Source: Eledone cirrhosa
Lineage: Eukaryota
DNA: 64,000 bases
Reading direction: 5' to 3'
Assembly: GCA_964016885.1 (NCBI GenBank)
Contig: OZ024742.1
Coordinates: 234,236,001-234,300,000, forward strand
A model generated the notes under the pieces. That model had not been told where the DNA came from. It saw only the letters and a list, made by a program, of their open reading frames with translations, and searched no databases. This document shows, in pieces, positions 1 through 11,446 of this stretch. Made by a program: the position numbers and the translations under genes. Positions within the stretch are counted from its first letter, which is position 1, and the number at the start of each line of letters is the position of its first letter.

Positions 1-2562
1 CTGTCACCCTCAATGTTGGTACCCTGACTGATCAGGTGAAATTGTGGAACTATTAGAGAGAAGAGGAGTAGATGTATGCTGTGTACAAGAAGTGAGATGC
101 AGGGGTGCTTCAGTGAGACTAATTACAGGCAGGTATAAACGCTATTGGATAGGAAATGACAATGGGGTGTAGGCATCCTACTGGCTGAGAAATGGATAGG
201 TAAAGTGATAGAGGTAGTTAGAGTAAGTGACAGAATCATCAAGTTTAGAATAGCTGTAGGAAATAGACTGGTAACAATCACATCTACCTATGCTCCACAC
301 ACAGGACTGGGTAAAAAACAAAAGGACAGGTTCTATGAGGAACTTTTACAGACAACTTTAGGTATTGTTAGTTATTAGTGTCATCAAAATAAATAAAAGA
401 CAGAACAAGTCATGCAGGAAAATATGGAGACGGAGGGTGTAGAAGCTAAAGGACCTTTCGGTTAAATATAGGTTTAGAAAGGTCCCAGAGGATGCTCTTG
501 AGAGGAATAAAGAGCTAGTTACATACAACGTTGAGAACAACTGGGAATTCTTATGTGACAACCTTTTGCGAACTACTGGAGTAAAGCATCAGCCACACAG
601 AGGATGACCTGGTGGTGGAACAGCATAGTAGATACAACCATTAAAACCAAGAGACAGGCATGGTTAAGAATGGAAAAATGGGGGTCACAAAGATCGGTAC
701 CAAATAGCTAAGGAAGAAGCTAGGCAACAAGTATACACAGCTGAGAGAGAGGTTGAAGAATGTAAATTTGCCAATGTATTGAGGCGTGAAGTGTTCTGTA
801 TTGTAAGGCGGTGTGTTAGTGTGAATCAAAATGTTGGGGGAAAATGTGTTAGAAATGATGCTGGTGCATTTAACACCACTGATGCCCAAAAGAAAGGGGC
901 CTGGAAATGTTATTATGAGAGATTAATGAATAGGAGGAAGTGAAATTACCCCCAATTTATCCAACAGAAGGACTAGCTACTGAAGTTGATAGTTTTATGG
1001 TCAAAGACACAATCAAGATGATAAATGGTAAAGCGGCTGGACTATCAAAAATAGTTGCTGAGATGCTGAAAGCATTGGGGGAGGTAGGAGTCGAACTAGT
1101 AACTCATATAGTAAATCAAGTAATACAAGATGGAGTCATACCCAATGACTGGTGCAGCAGTACAATAATAGATTGCTACAAGGGCAAGGGTGAATCTCTA
1201 GAAAGGAGCAATTACAGATGAAAAAAACTAATGGATCAAGTTATGAAAGTGACCAAAAGAGTTATAGCACAGCTAATCAGGGAAAGAGTCAAAATAGATC
1301 AGATGCAGTTTGGTTTCATGCCTGGAAAAAGTACTACTGATGTACTCTTCTTAGTGAAGCAACTACAAGAGAAGTTCCTAGCCTAAAATAAACCACTATA
1401 GAGAAGGCCTTTGACAGAGTACCCCAATCTATCTGGTGGTCCTTAAGGAAATTAGGTGTAGAAGAATCGCTTGTGAGAGCAATGCAAGCTATGTACAGAG
1501 GAGTTGTCAGTAAAATGAGAGTAGGAAATGAGTTTAGTGAGAAATTCAAGGTACAGGTAGGAGTTAATCAAGGTTCAATTCTTAGCCCACTGCTGTTCAT
1601 CATAGTTCTTCAGGCCATAACAGGGGAGTTTAAAATTGGCTGCCCATGGGAGTTTCTCTATGCAGATGATTTGATCCAATTATGGGAACTGAATTTAGAG
1701 TCAAAAGGCCTGAGAGTAAACTTTAGCCAAAGCTAAAGTGTTAATGAGTAGGAGAAAAGACAAGACCCAGATTTCTTCAGGGAATTGGCCATGCTCAATA
1801 TGCAGAAAAGGAGTAGGCATAAACTCCATACAATGTAAATCTTAAGTACACAAAAGATGTAGTGGGATGACGAGTAGACTAACAGAAAGGGAGAACTTTG
1901 CTTGTAGAAGATGCACAGGAGAAATCAAGAGGAAGATTGCTAATGATATAAACCTTTTCCAGACACAAAGTGACCTAATTAGTAGCGAAGGAGGGTACGC
2001 TGTGTGTATATTAGCTACAATAAGGATAGGATGGAAGAAGTTTAGAGAACTGCTCCCACTGCTGATAACAAAAGTGCTCTCCCTACATACAAAAGGAAGG
2101 CTGTATGACGCCTGTGTGTGGTGCGCAATGTTGCATGGTAGTGAAACATGGGCTGTAATTGCAGAGTACATGAGTCAACTGGAGAAAAATGAAGTAACCG
2201 TGTTTCATTGGATGAGCAATGTAGATGTGAGAGAAAGGCAGAGCTTGGACGAGCTGAGAGAGAAACTGTTAAGGGGAATCCGAGATGATGTGCAGGAGAG
2301 AAGACTGAGTCAGTATGGACATGTGATGTGCATGGACAATGACCAATGGTTGAAGAAACGCCAGGAAATCCCAGTGGAAGGAAGCCGCAATAGAGGATGA
2401 CCAAGAAATACCTGGGCAAAGGTTGTGAGAGTGGACCTCAAATCGCTAAGACTGGCAGAAGAGATAAAAAACAGAACGCAACAAGTGGCGAGATGCTGTG
2501 CTGAGTAGGATCCGTCCAACCCATGTATGCATGGAAAAGCAGACGCAAACACGTTGATGATG
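1..2562 (+). mobile_element. Degenerate RTE-clade LINE (APE endonuclease + RT), 5' part outside the window
   Basis: Broken frames give TLNVGTL and YAPHTG (endonuclease), then NYR, QFGFMPGK, GVNQGSILSPLLF, LYADDL (RT) and AMLHGSETW. Ends in a (GAT)n tail near 2557. Many stops and frameshifts. Confidence 0.9.
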
Positions 2563-2599
2563 ATATATATAACCATCTTCATCATCATTTAACATCTGT

Positions 2600-3480
2600 T
2601 TTCCCTGCTGTCAAGGTTGTCAAAACGGTGTGCTCTATGGCCTTTTCTACACTACCTGTGAAATGCATAAGTCTTCTTTTCTTTTTCCGTGAGCTTTCCC
2701 ACATCTTCCACACTATCAGGTATTTTTCATTGTTACTTCATGACATATATCTGTTTTTCTTTCACTGGCATCTTTGTAACGTGTAGTGTTTTGTGGTAGC
2801 TTCAAATGTCCTTATGCTTTCAATAGCTAACTCTAGTGTAAGATTTGGCTTATTTATAAGGGTTCTTTTTCATGTCCTTTTCAGCTCTTTTATTATTTGT
2901 TCAAGGATTCTTTCCTCCTTGTCAAAGTCACATCTTTCTGCTTTTAATTTACTCGGAGGGGGGGGGGGGGTAATTGTATAGTTTACGTTCGTAAATATTG
3001 GCTTTCTTGTAATGTGTTTTGTTTTGTCATATATGTTTTTAAATGTAAAATAAAATTATTAGTAGATTCTCCAGCTGATGTATCAATATGAATCACTTAC
3101 AATAAAATTTCGCCGGAGATAGATGAGCAAAATTTAATAAGCGGGGGTAGTGGTGGCAAAATTCTGAAAAATTAAAAAAGGGGGTGGAGTTCAAGACCTG
3201 AGAGTAAGTTTAAATATTCGTTAATTGACTCATCAATTTGTTGTATTGATGAGAACTCTAATCATTTAATCCATTTGTTTGGTTTCTTTATCAGATGGGT
3301 TTCAAAAATTCTGAATACATTTGCTGATATTTCTTTCTGTTCAACTATAAAATTTGCATTTTCTATTAATTATTGGCCCTTTGGTCCTGTGCTAAGTAAA
3401 ATATAGTTGTGTTTCAGTTTTTCATCTATATTTTTTTATAGTGAAGTAAGAGCTGATAAAATCGATCCATTTGTTATAAG
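2600..3480 (-). mobile_element. Degenerate Ty3/Gypsy gag-like fragment
   Basis: Minus-strand reading gives KHNYILLSTGPKG, KLKAERCDFDKEERILEQII, KPNLTLELAIESIRTFEAT and CGRCGKAH (knuckle-like). Interrupted by unrelated sequence at about 2957-3215. Confidence 0.55.
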
Positions 3481-4761
3481 AAAAGCAAGTAAAACCAAGA
3501 CGGATTAAGCTTTGATGGGCTCACGGTTGGAAATTTCATCGAGGCCCTTACGTATCATTTATGGTAGCAAACAATAATAATTGTTGGCCCTTTAAATACT
3601 GTGGAGCTCTTGGCTACAACCCAGTCAGTCCCTGCCCTTTAATCCACCACTGATTATAGTCACAATGATATAGAAGACTTTTAAAAAACTAAATGTATTA
3701 AGTTTATCTTTCAGACAGGCTAGTTACCAAGGAGAGACACTACCTTTCTACTTTCCAATGGTGCACTCTCAGATTTAGAAAAGAGTGCCCACCAAGAATA
3801 TTCCGAAGCCACCTCGGGTACCAAAGCCGAGCGACGGGCCTGCCTTTCGAATAAGTTTCAATAAAACTGAATTTTACTTTTTCTCTGTTGTATGTTTTAA
3901 GTAAATTAATAAAACGCAGTTGGAAAATAAACTATATTTATCCATTATACACGAGTTTCTGTATTGTGAGATTGAATCTTCTCTAATGACCACTGGTACT
4001 CCAATAAAACATCTTACTCTTTGGAATATATTTTACTGTTTTGTGTTATAACGCGCATGCTGCGTTGTAATAACTTTATAAATATTAAAATAATTCGGTT
4101 TCATAATCTATGAAACATCTTGTTTATAGTTTAATTTCCTAAAACCATCAATTCCGTATCCTGTTGAAATATTTCGTTCTTATAGTCAAGGATGTCCGCC
4201 TACTGCTTCAATGCCAGAGATTATAGTACATTTACTTTTAACATACATGTGTTTAAATCGGCTTATATTCTCCAAAATTATTAACCGAAGGAAAATTTAT
4301 TAGCTCTTTATCTATGAATGTTTTGTTTACTGAAAATGGTAGCACACAAAATACACGAATAATACTAAAAAGTTTATGAAAACTAACTCGAAGAAAAGAC
4401 TTTGGGTCAAATGTTTTAACATTCATTTGTTTTAAATTCTATATACCACTTAAATATACAGGACTACTCAAAATCGTTTTAAAATTATGTTACTGTATTT
4501 CGTGAAAACTTGAATGTTGAAGAAATAAGAATTCGAAAAAAAAGAAGCCATTTTGACTAAGTTCCTCCACTGAATTACTGATGTAACATTATCAGTGAGC
4601 TTTTATGTATTAAATCAACAAGTTAGATTCCTATAAAATCACTTAACTAATTCTATTACATATATACACACATATACATACGTTCCATCAACATTACATC
4701 ACATTAAAAGAAACAGGATACAGCCGAATTCAATTCAATAATTTACCTCTATAGTTACATT

Positions 4762-5007
4762 ATGGGAAATAGCTCAAACAAAATTTTCCGTTCTACATCT
4801 GTAAGGGAAAGACGTTTAAGCCGAAAAGCTACACGCCATCAACGTTCAAGAAGTGAAATACCAGTTACTGAGGAACTTCTAAATTGTCCAGACTTACTAA
4901 ATAAAGATGAACAACAATCCACTGATTCAAAAGATAACTTAGATCGTCAACGGGACAATGATTTGCCAAAGGAGCCAAATAATATACCCTATGCTCCACC
5001 GAAGCAG
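4762..5007 (+). CDS. PHF24: PHF24-like gene, coding exon 1 (MGNSSNK...PKQ)
   Basis: ATG at 4762 with an MGxxxS-like N-terminus; donor CAG|GTTAAG at 5007/5008; phase 0 matches exon 2. Assigned by position and phase, not by recognisable homology. Confidence 0.7.
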
Positions 5008-6096
5008 GTTAAGTATTAGATTAGTTCATATATATATATATCGTTTTGTATTTGTTTTGCAAGATTCTTGATATGAAATCGTGTGTTGAAACATTTTGTT
5101 ATACCTTGAGAACGTCATGTTACCAATAAAAACACGTATTATTTGAAAAGGTCACAGGATGTGTTTTTAGTGGCAGTATGACCTTCCCAGAATATAACTA
5201 TATATATATATATGTGTTTGTGTGTGTTTTAAACTGAGAATAAGAGAATGCCGTTGTTTATTTGAGTGGTGCTTTTAGTAGAGTCCACTCTGCTGCAAGC
5301 ATTCAGACCAGGTCTTTGGGTTGAGGATATCTCCTCACCACCAACGTCGCCTGATTAGCTGATAAAAATACAGAGAATTTTTTTGATCAATTGTTGTCTG
5401 CCTATTTAGAATTTGATGTTTCACTAGTAGCAAGTATTAACACAACCAGGTTTAGCAATATTGAGTATATGATTCTATTTAGGGCTATTGGGGGGGGGGG
5501 GGGGGGTCCGTGCTAACATTCTTGAAAGATCTCAAAGATACTGTACTTGTCAGCAAAATAAACTAAAATATGTGAGATAATAGTATCTCAGCCAATGATT
5601 ATTGCAATACCTGCAGCAGATATATGAATTCCTGATCTGTGATTTGGTAGTTCAGTATGTTATTTATTTATCCACTAGTGGACCTGTGCCATCAATAATG
5701 ATGGCAATAGCATTAATCATTTAATTTTTGGAGTCCAGGATTACTATATCATAAATACCAGTTCTACTGGATATATGATCAATCGTACAAACTGGAAAAT
5801 TGATTTTGATAAATTTATGGTTTGCATAAGAAACGTTTATGTTGATTACTGATACAATTTATTTCTTGGATATAATTACATAAATGTTCAACATGCATGT
5901 ACAAATAACATACAGGATTAAATGTATGAGTAACTTTCGAGAAATAACTATTTACAAAGACAAATGTAAGATTAAAACCCAGGAGCTTGTGATAGGAAAG
6001 TTCTTAATGTAGCAACATGACTGAGATAAGAAATGCATTGTGTGTAAATTTCAAAGAGTTACAGATGGAGATATATATAAATATACAGACACTGCT

Positions 6097-8930
6097 TTGA
6101 TTTGAACGAATCACAGGAAGAAGTTTTTTTCTGTGACATACGTATGACCATGTCAACACTTCTGCTTGGTGTTGTTTATCGCCCCCCCCCCCCCCCCCCC
6201 CAAACTACCATCAGGACACAGCTTTGCGATATCCTCAGAGTTGCTGCCAAGAAAACAGCCACTTATGTGTTTATTGCAGGTGACTTCAATCATCCTGAGA
6301 TCGATTGGGAAACCTTTCGTTGGCCACAGGGTGCAAACGATTTCCTTGAACGAGTGCTGGACTCAAACTGGTCACAAGTAGTCACCTCTCCAACAAGAGG
6401 TGACAACACTTTGGACCTGATCTTCACCACTACTCCTGAAGTGGTTATCAGTTGTACTACTGAGGAACCTCTAGGCGACTCTGATCATGCTATGATCATT
6501 GCCAATCTGGCACTTGAGGGCAGCAACAAAAACCAGACCCATCTCCAATCTGCTTGCTTTGATTGGAAGAGGGTGGATTGGAACTTGTACTGCACTGAGC
6601 TACAGCGCCCAAACTGGCATGAGATGTATAACTCTGGAGATGTGAACTCTATACTCCAGAGCGTCCTGGACTCAATATGGATAGCGTGTGCAGCATCAGT
6701 GCCACGGAAGCGGAAAAATAACCACCCCAAAAGTGCAATCTGGGAAACTTCAGCGGTCCGACTTGCCAGGAAAGAACGTCGGAATGCTGAACGGGAATAT
6801 AAACTGCATAGATCAGATGCCAACAGAAAAAAGCGGAATAAATCTTCTAACCATCTCAAGCAAGTGACAAAGAAGGCAGTGCTTGAATTTGAACAGTGCA
6901 TCGCAACCAATCCTGACAGTAAGGTGTTCTGGAAATATGTTCATTCAAAGCAGAGACCTCACTCTCCAGTTGGTCCTCTTCGCAATCCCCACACAAGCCA
7001 GATCACTGACGATCCCAAGGAATGCGCAGAACTCATTGCTGAGTGCTATGCAAGTATTTTTACTGTTGAAAACCAGAATGTACCATCTCCACCATCTCTA
7101 ACATCAAATTCCATAACAACTATGGAATTTACACCTGCAATGTTGTGACGTCACCTTAAGAATAAGCGCAACTATGCCTCCCCTGGTCTTGATGGTGTGG
7201 CATACCTGCTTCTCAAACGTGGTGGGGATTTCCTTTTGCGCCAGCTTTCTTTTTTCTTTCAATACTGTCTCAGCAATGGTGCTACTCCGGAGCAGTGGAA
7301 AACTGCCAGTGTCATTCCCCTGTTCAAAAAGGGCAACCGCATGTCACCTGTCAACTATCGTCCAGTCAGTCTTACTAGCTGTATGGCCAAACTGATGGAA
7401 TCCTGTGTCAGAGAAACACTTTGGAACTTCTGGAGCTCTCACAGCCTCATCCGGCCCTCACAGTTTGGATTTATCCCTAACTCCAGCTGCTGTGATCAGC
7501 TTATCGAGTTCCTTGAGGACATCACCCGGATCACTGACAGCGGCTCATGGGTGGATGTTGTTTACCTTGACTTTGCTAAGGCTTTTAATTCTGTGCCACA
7601 CAAAAGACTTATGGCAAAACTCTCTGCAATGGGTGTGAGGGATGATCTTTTCGACTGGCTGAAATCCTTCATTCTCAGCCGAAAGGAAGTAGTCACGGTT
7701 CTAGGACAGCATTCTTCACCATATGAGATGTCATCTGGTGTACCACAGGGATCTGTTCTTGGTCCTCTTTTGTTTGTGGCATATATTAATGACATAGATG
7801 CCAACTTACAGAATGCCACGGTACTAAAATATGCAGATGACATCAAGCTGTACCTTGAAATCAAAAGGACTGATCCTGAAATTTACAACTCTTTCCTACA
7901 ATCAGACCTGGACACAATGCAGCAATGGATCACAGACTGGCAACTGAAGCTGGCTGTGGACAAGTGTACCACCATGCATTTTGGAAGGAAAAATCCAGCG
8001 TCCACATACTCCCTCCACAACACTGACATCAAAAAGTCCTCTTGTGAACGTGACCTGGGCATTACTGTCAGCAACGATTTGCGTTGGACAAAGCATGTCT
8101 CTAAGATTGTCAAGAAGGCCGAGGGTGTCTTGGCATCACTCAGCAAGACCTTTGTTAGCCGCTCTCCAGCCATCTATTTAAAACTGTATACAGCTATGGT
8201 GCGACCACACTTGGAATTCGCATCATCAGTCTGGAACCCCTATCTTGCTCGGAACATTGACCTCCTGGAAACTGTTCAGAGACGTGCAACCAAGCGCATA
8301 CCCTCCATCAGACACCTACCATACTCTGAACGCCTTGCTTCCCTGGGCATGGATTCATTGAAGCTCCGACGTCTGGCAATGGACTTGGTGAATACCCACA
8401 AAGTTTTTAACCATCTCGCCAACTGCAACCCTGAGCGCCTCTTTGATCTCCATGTGTCTAACACACGTGGACATGCCTACAAGATAAGAAAACAGCACAG
8501 CTCCCATGACTTTCGCAGACATTTTTTCACGCTCAGAGTTGCTGAAGCATGGAACAAACTGCCTGCGTCAATTGTTAGCTGCCGAGACACTGCATCCTTT
8601 AAGACACTCATGCTTCCCGAAATACGCCAAAACTACACCTGATGTGCCCCTTCCATACACATGCACACATGTGTGTATCATGACTCGTGCACTGTTCATT
8701 TTACTGATGTTTGTGCATTGCCCTATGTACTGTACATGCACTTTTTTGATGGGTTGTGGTGCACCTGGGCACTGTGCACAATATTTCATTATTGTTATTG
8801 TTATTATATCATGACTCATACACTGTTTATTTTCCTGACATTTGTACATTATTCTATGTACTATACATGCACCTTTGATGAGTTGTAGTGCACCTGAGCA
8901 CTGTACACAATAATTTCATTATTATTATTA
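6097..8930 (+). mobile_element. CR1-like LINE copy 1, 5'-truncated, in PHF24 intron 1
   Basis: APE motifs GDFNHP, LDLIFT, SDH; RT motifs YLDFAKAFNSVPH, GVPQGSVLGPLLF, YADD; C-terminal VRPHLEFASSVWNP and FFTLRVAEAWNKLP. One in-frame TGA at 7146-7148; (ATT)n tail. Confidence 0.93.
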
Positions 8931-9619
8931 TGCTTGATTTATTTCCAATGTCTGAAGGTGATTGTAACTCAGAACTTTAGTGTAATGACGAGGAATATTA
9001 CTCTTTTTATTGACAGAATAACATTTTATCATTTTCTCCTCCAGCTTGTGATTAACTTCTCACCAAGCAATAAGTAAACTTCTGCTAAGAAAGAAGGTAT
9101 ACCAACAGTTCATTCCAGTTGGCTATGTGATCAACTCTTTTCCCCACAGAGCAACATTTTGATAAAGTAAAATTAGCAAGTTGAAAGTTATCATTAGAAT
9201 TTTAAAATGATTGATTTGCAATTTGACAAACTTACCAAATAGTCTAATAATTTGATGGTACCACAGACTTTGGTTATTAATATGTCTATTTTATAATACA
9301 CTAATTCTAATTATTTTTTACAGAGGCATAAAGCCCTAAATTTCTTTAGCAGTAAAAATGTAGGAAATTATGATGCTTATATATTTCCCAAATCTATTAG
9401 TGACATCAATTAGTTTATTTTGATTCTCCTAGCTGGAGAATCAAAACAAACTCAGGGACTTGAGATAGAAATTTCCAGTCAATGATACTTGCTTCATTCA
9501 CTCCAGATTTCAATCTATTAAATAGGATGTCACTGAAAGCTATTGTTATGTCTTTTGTCCTTGTAGACATTTTTTTTCTTTCTATTTATGAAATATTTAA
9601 TTATTCATCATCCTTAGCA

Positions 9620-9942
9620 TATAAAAAGGATCCAGCCCACCTTGTAAAGTGGTCAAACTGGTGATATGACAAAAAACACCTGGTCCACCTTGTGAGGTGG
9701 TCGAGTTGGTGACACAATGAAAAAGTACCCAGTCCAACCTGACAGTCGGTTGTTTTGGTGCCGCGATAAAAAAGCATACAGTCCACATTGTAAAGGTGGT
9801 TTGTCTTAGGAAGGGCATCTAGCCATAGAAACCAAGCCAGAAAAGTTCTGTATGAGCAAGATATGGTCACCTGATCTGACTTGTCTCACAATGGGACAAC
9901 TAATCTAACCCATGCTAGCATGGAAGTGATGATGATGATGAT
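9620..9942 (+). repeat. Dispersed SINE-like repeat ending in (GAT)n; related copies at about 12052-12290(+), 28480-28660(+), 34600-34850(-), 47467-47692(-), 62357-62665(-), 63230-63495(-)
   Basis: Shared core AGGAAGGGCATCCAGCCATAGAAA and 3' end AACCCATGCTAGCATGGAA...(GAT)n, resembling the 3' end of the RTE at 2515-2562. Confidence 0.75.
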
Positions 9943-10003
9943 TGTAAGTGTCATGATAAAAAAAATCAATATATTTCATTTTTTTTTTTTTTTAATTCTT
10001 CAG

Positions 10004-10192
10004 ATACCTGGTGACTTGGTTTGTAGTTACTGTGGGGTGTATACTGGGGATGAAAATCACCCTTGCAATGTCTGCGATTTAGTTTTCCACAAAGCTTGTC
10101 TCACCAAATACTATGTTGACACTTGCAGTTATGACCCGAAGGACTTGGATGCAAGTGCAATTGAAGAAAATAGTTGGACTTGTTATAAGTGT
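10004..10192 (+). CDS. PHF24: PHF24-like exon 2, PHD finger
   Basis: Poly-T tract and CAG acceptor; IPGDLVCSYC...CNVC..VFHKAC...WTCYKC is a C4HC3 PHD pattern; donor GTAAGT at 10193. Confidence 0.9.
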
Positions 10193-10203
10193 GTAAGTAG
10201 AAC

Positions 10204-10241
<38 letters not shown>

Positions 10242-10794
10242 TTATCTGCAGCTATTCAATACTTCTGGAATCAAGGAACATAGAAAATGGTTAAACACTT
10301 AAATATAATCTTATCCTCTGGATTTTACTATACTATTAAAAGCGTATTGTATTGGCAGAATTCGTAGTGTGTCAGATAAAATGTTATTGTGGTATTTGTT
10401 CTGAGTTCAAATCCTGCTGAAGTCAACTTTGCCCTTCCTCCAAAATTTGATAAACTTGTGCCTAAATTTTAAAAAAATATACAATGAGGGGAAATTATCA
10501 TTTTTGTTTTATCTATTTATTTATATATTTTTATTTTTGTGAATTTATTTTAAAGAAACTTGTCAATGTTCTAACAATTGTGCTAATCCACCACCTCTTG
10601 ACTGGTAGTTATTTATCAACTAAAAAATATGAAAACCAAAGTTGACTTTGGTGGGATCTGAATTCAGATTGCAGAGAATTGGAACAAATGCCACAAAGAA
10701 TTTAATTTTATGCCCTAACAATCAGTCAAATCAATGCTCACATGTTGAAGAACACAAAAATTACATTCATTTTTATCTATTTTCTTCATATATC

Positions 10795-11078
10795 ACCTTG
10801 ACCGACCAGTCACAGCACGTTGCTGTTTTAGCCATACGATGACGCCATCCCACTGAAGCGACTGAGAGCACAAGACTCTCCCCTAGACAGGACGCCAGTC
10901 CATCGCAGGGTTAAACCTCCAGCTATTGCTGGTACTCATTTTCAGTTGAGTATACTGGAGCAACGTGAAATAAAGTGTCTTGCTCAAGGAAACAACCCAT
11001 CACCCGGTCCGAGAATTGAACTCACAACCTTTCGATTGCAAGCCTAATGCTCTAACCACTAAGCCATGCGCCTTCACT
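10795..11078 (-). mobile_element. tRNA-derived SINE, second family; related copies at about 52640-52895(-), 57437-57757(+), 60668-60830(+)
   Basis: Minus strand shows A-box TGGCTTAGTGG and B-box GAGTTCAATTC followed by the shared core CTTGAGCAAGACACTT. Confidence 0.75.
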
Positions 11079-11198
11079 CTTCATATATAACTTAAATAAT
11101 TTCAGAAGGAAATTAAAATTAAGTCATTATTTGATTTCCTTATAGAATATGTAAACATTATTGTCATTAAACATATAATGCTTTTTTTTCTTGCACAG

Positions 11199-11277
11199 GA
11201 AGATCTTATGAGTTTGCTTACCGTTGAAGAACATAATTCCTTGATGAATAGGCTTGAGAAATTTGGAATAAAAAAGG
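11199..11277 (+). CDS. PHF24: PHF24-like exon 3
   Basis: TTGCACAG acceptor; EDLMSLLTVEEHNSLMNRLEKFGIKK resembles the post-PHD segment of vertebrate PHF24 (LLLTEEEM, from memory); donor G|GTAAC, phase 1. Not in the ORF track. Confidence 0.85.
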
Positions 11278-11301
11278 GTAACATTAAATTTTGTATTAAA
11301 A

Positions 11302-11446
11302 GCTTTGACGCATAGAGTTACGGCCCTTGCCATTCTGAGTTCAAATTCCGCCGAGGTTAACTTTGCCTTTCATCCTTACGAGGTCGATAAAATAAAGTAC
11401 CAGTAATGCACTGGGTAATTGTGGCCTTGTGCCAAAAGTAGAAACA
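11302..11446 (+). mobile_element. 5'-truncated SINE (Nin/Deu-domain-like core) with 19-bp target site duplication; family also at about 35165-35335(+), 36225-36460(-), 37105-37211(-), 41037-41932(+), 48125-48300(+), 48410-48716(-), 55716-55896(+)
   Basis: B-box GAGTTCAAATT, core TTTCATCCTTACGAGGTCGATAAAATAAAGTACCAG, tail GGCCTTGTGCCAAAAGTAGAAACA. ATTAAATTTTGTATTAAAA is repeated at 11283-11301 and 11447-11465. Confidence 0.9.

Noticed and set aside
7197-8642. 481-aa RT ORF as a retron, DGR or domesticated RT gene
   Set aside because: It is contiguous with an APE domain across a single stop, has a LINE tail and a second disrupted copy; this is an ordinary non-LTR ORF2.
9881-10294. 137-aa ORF as a stand-alone PHD protein
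   Set aside because: Only 10004-10192 is exon; the flanks are a SINE tail, a polypyrimidine tract and a CT microsatellite.
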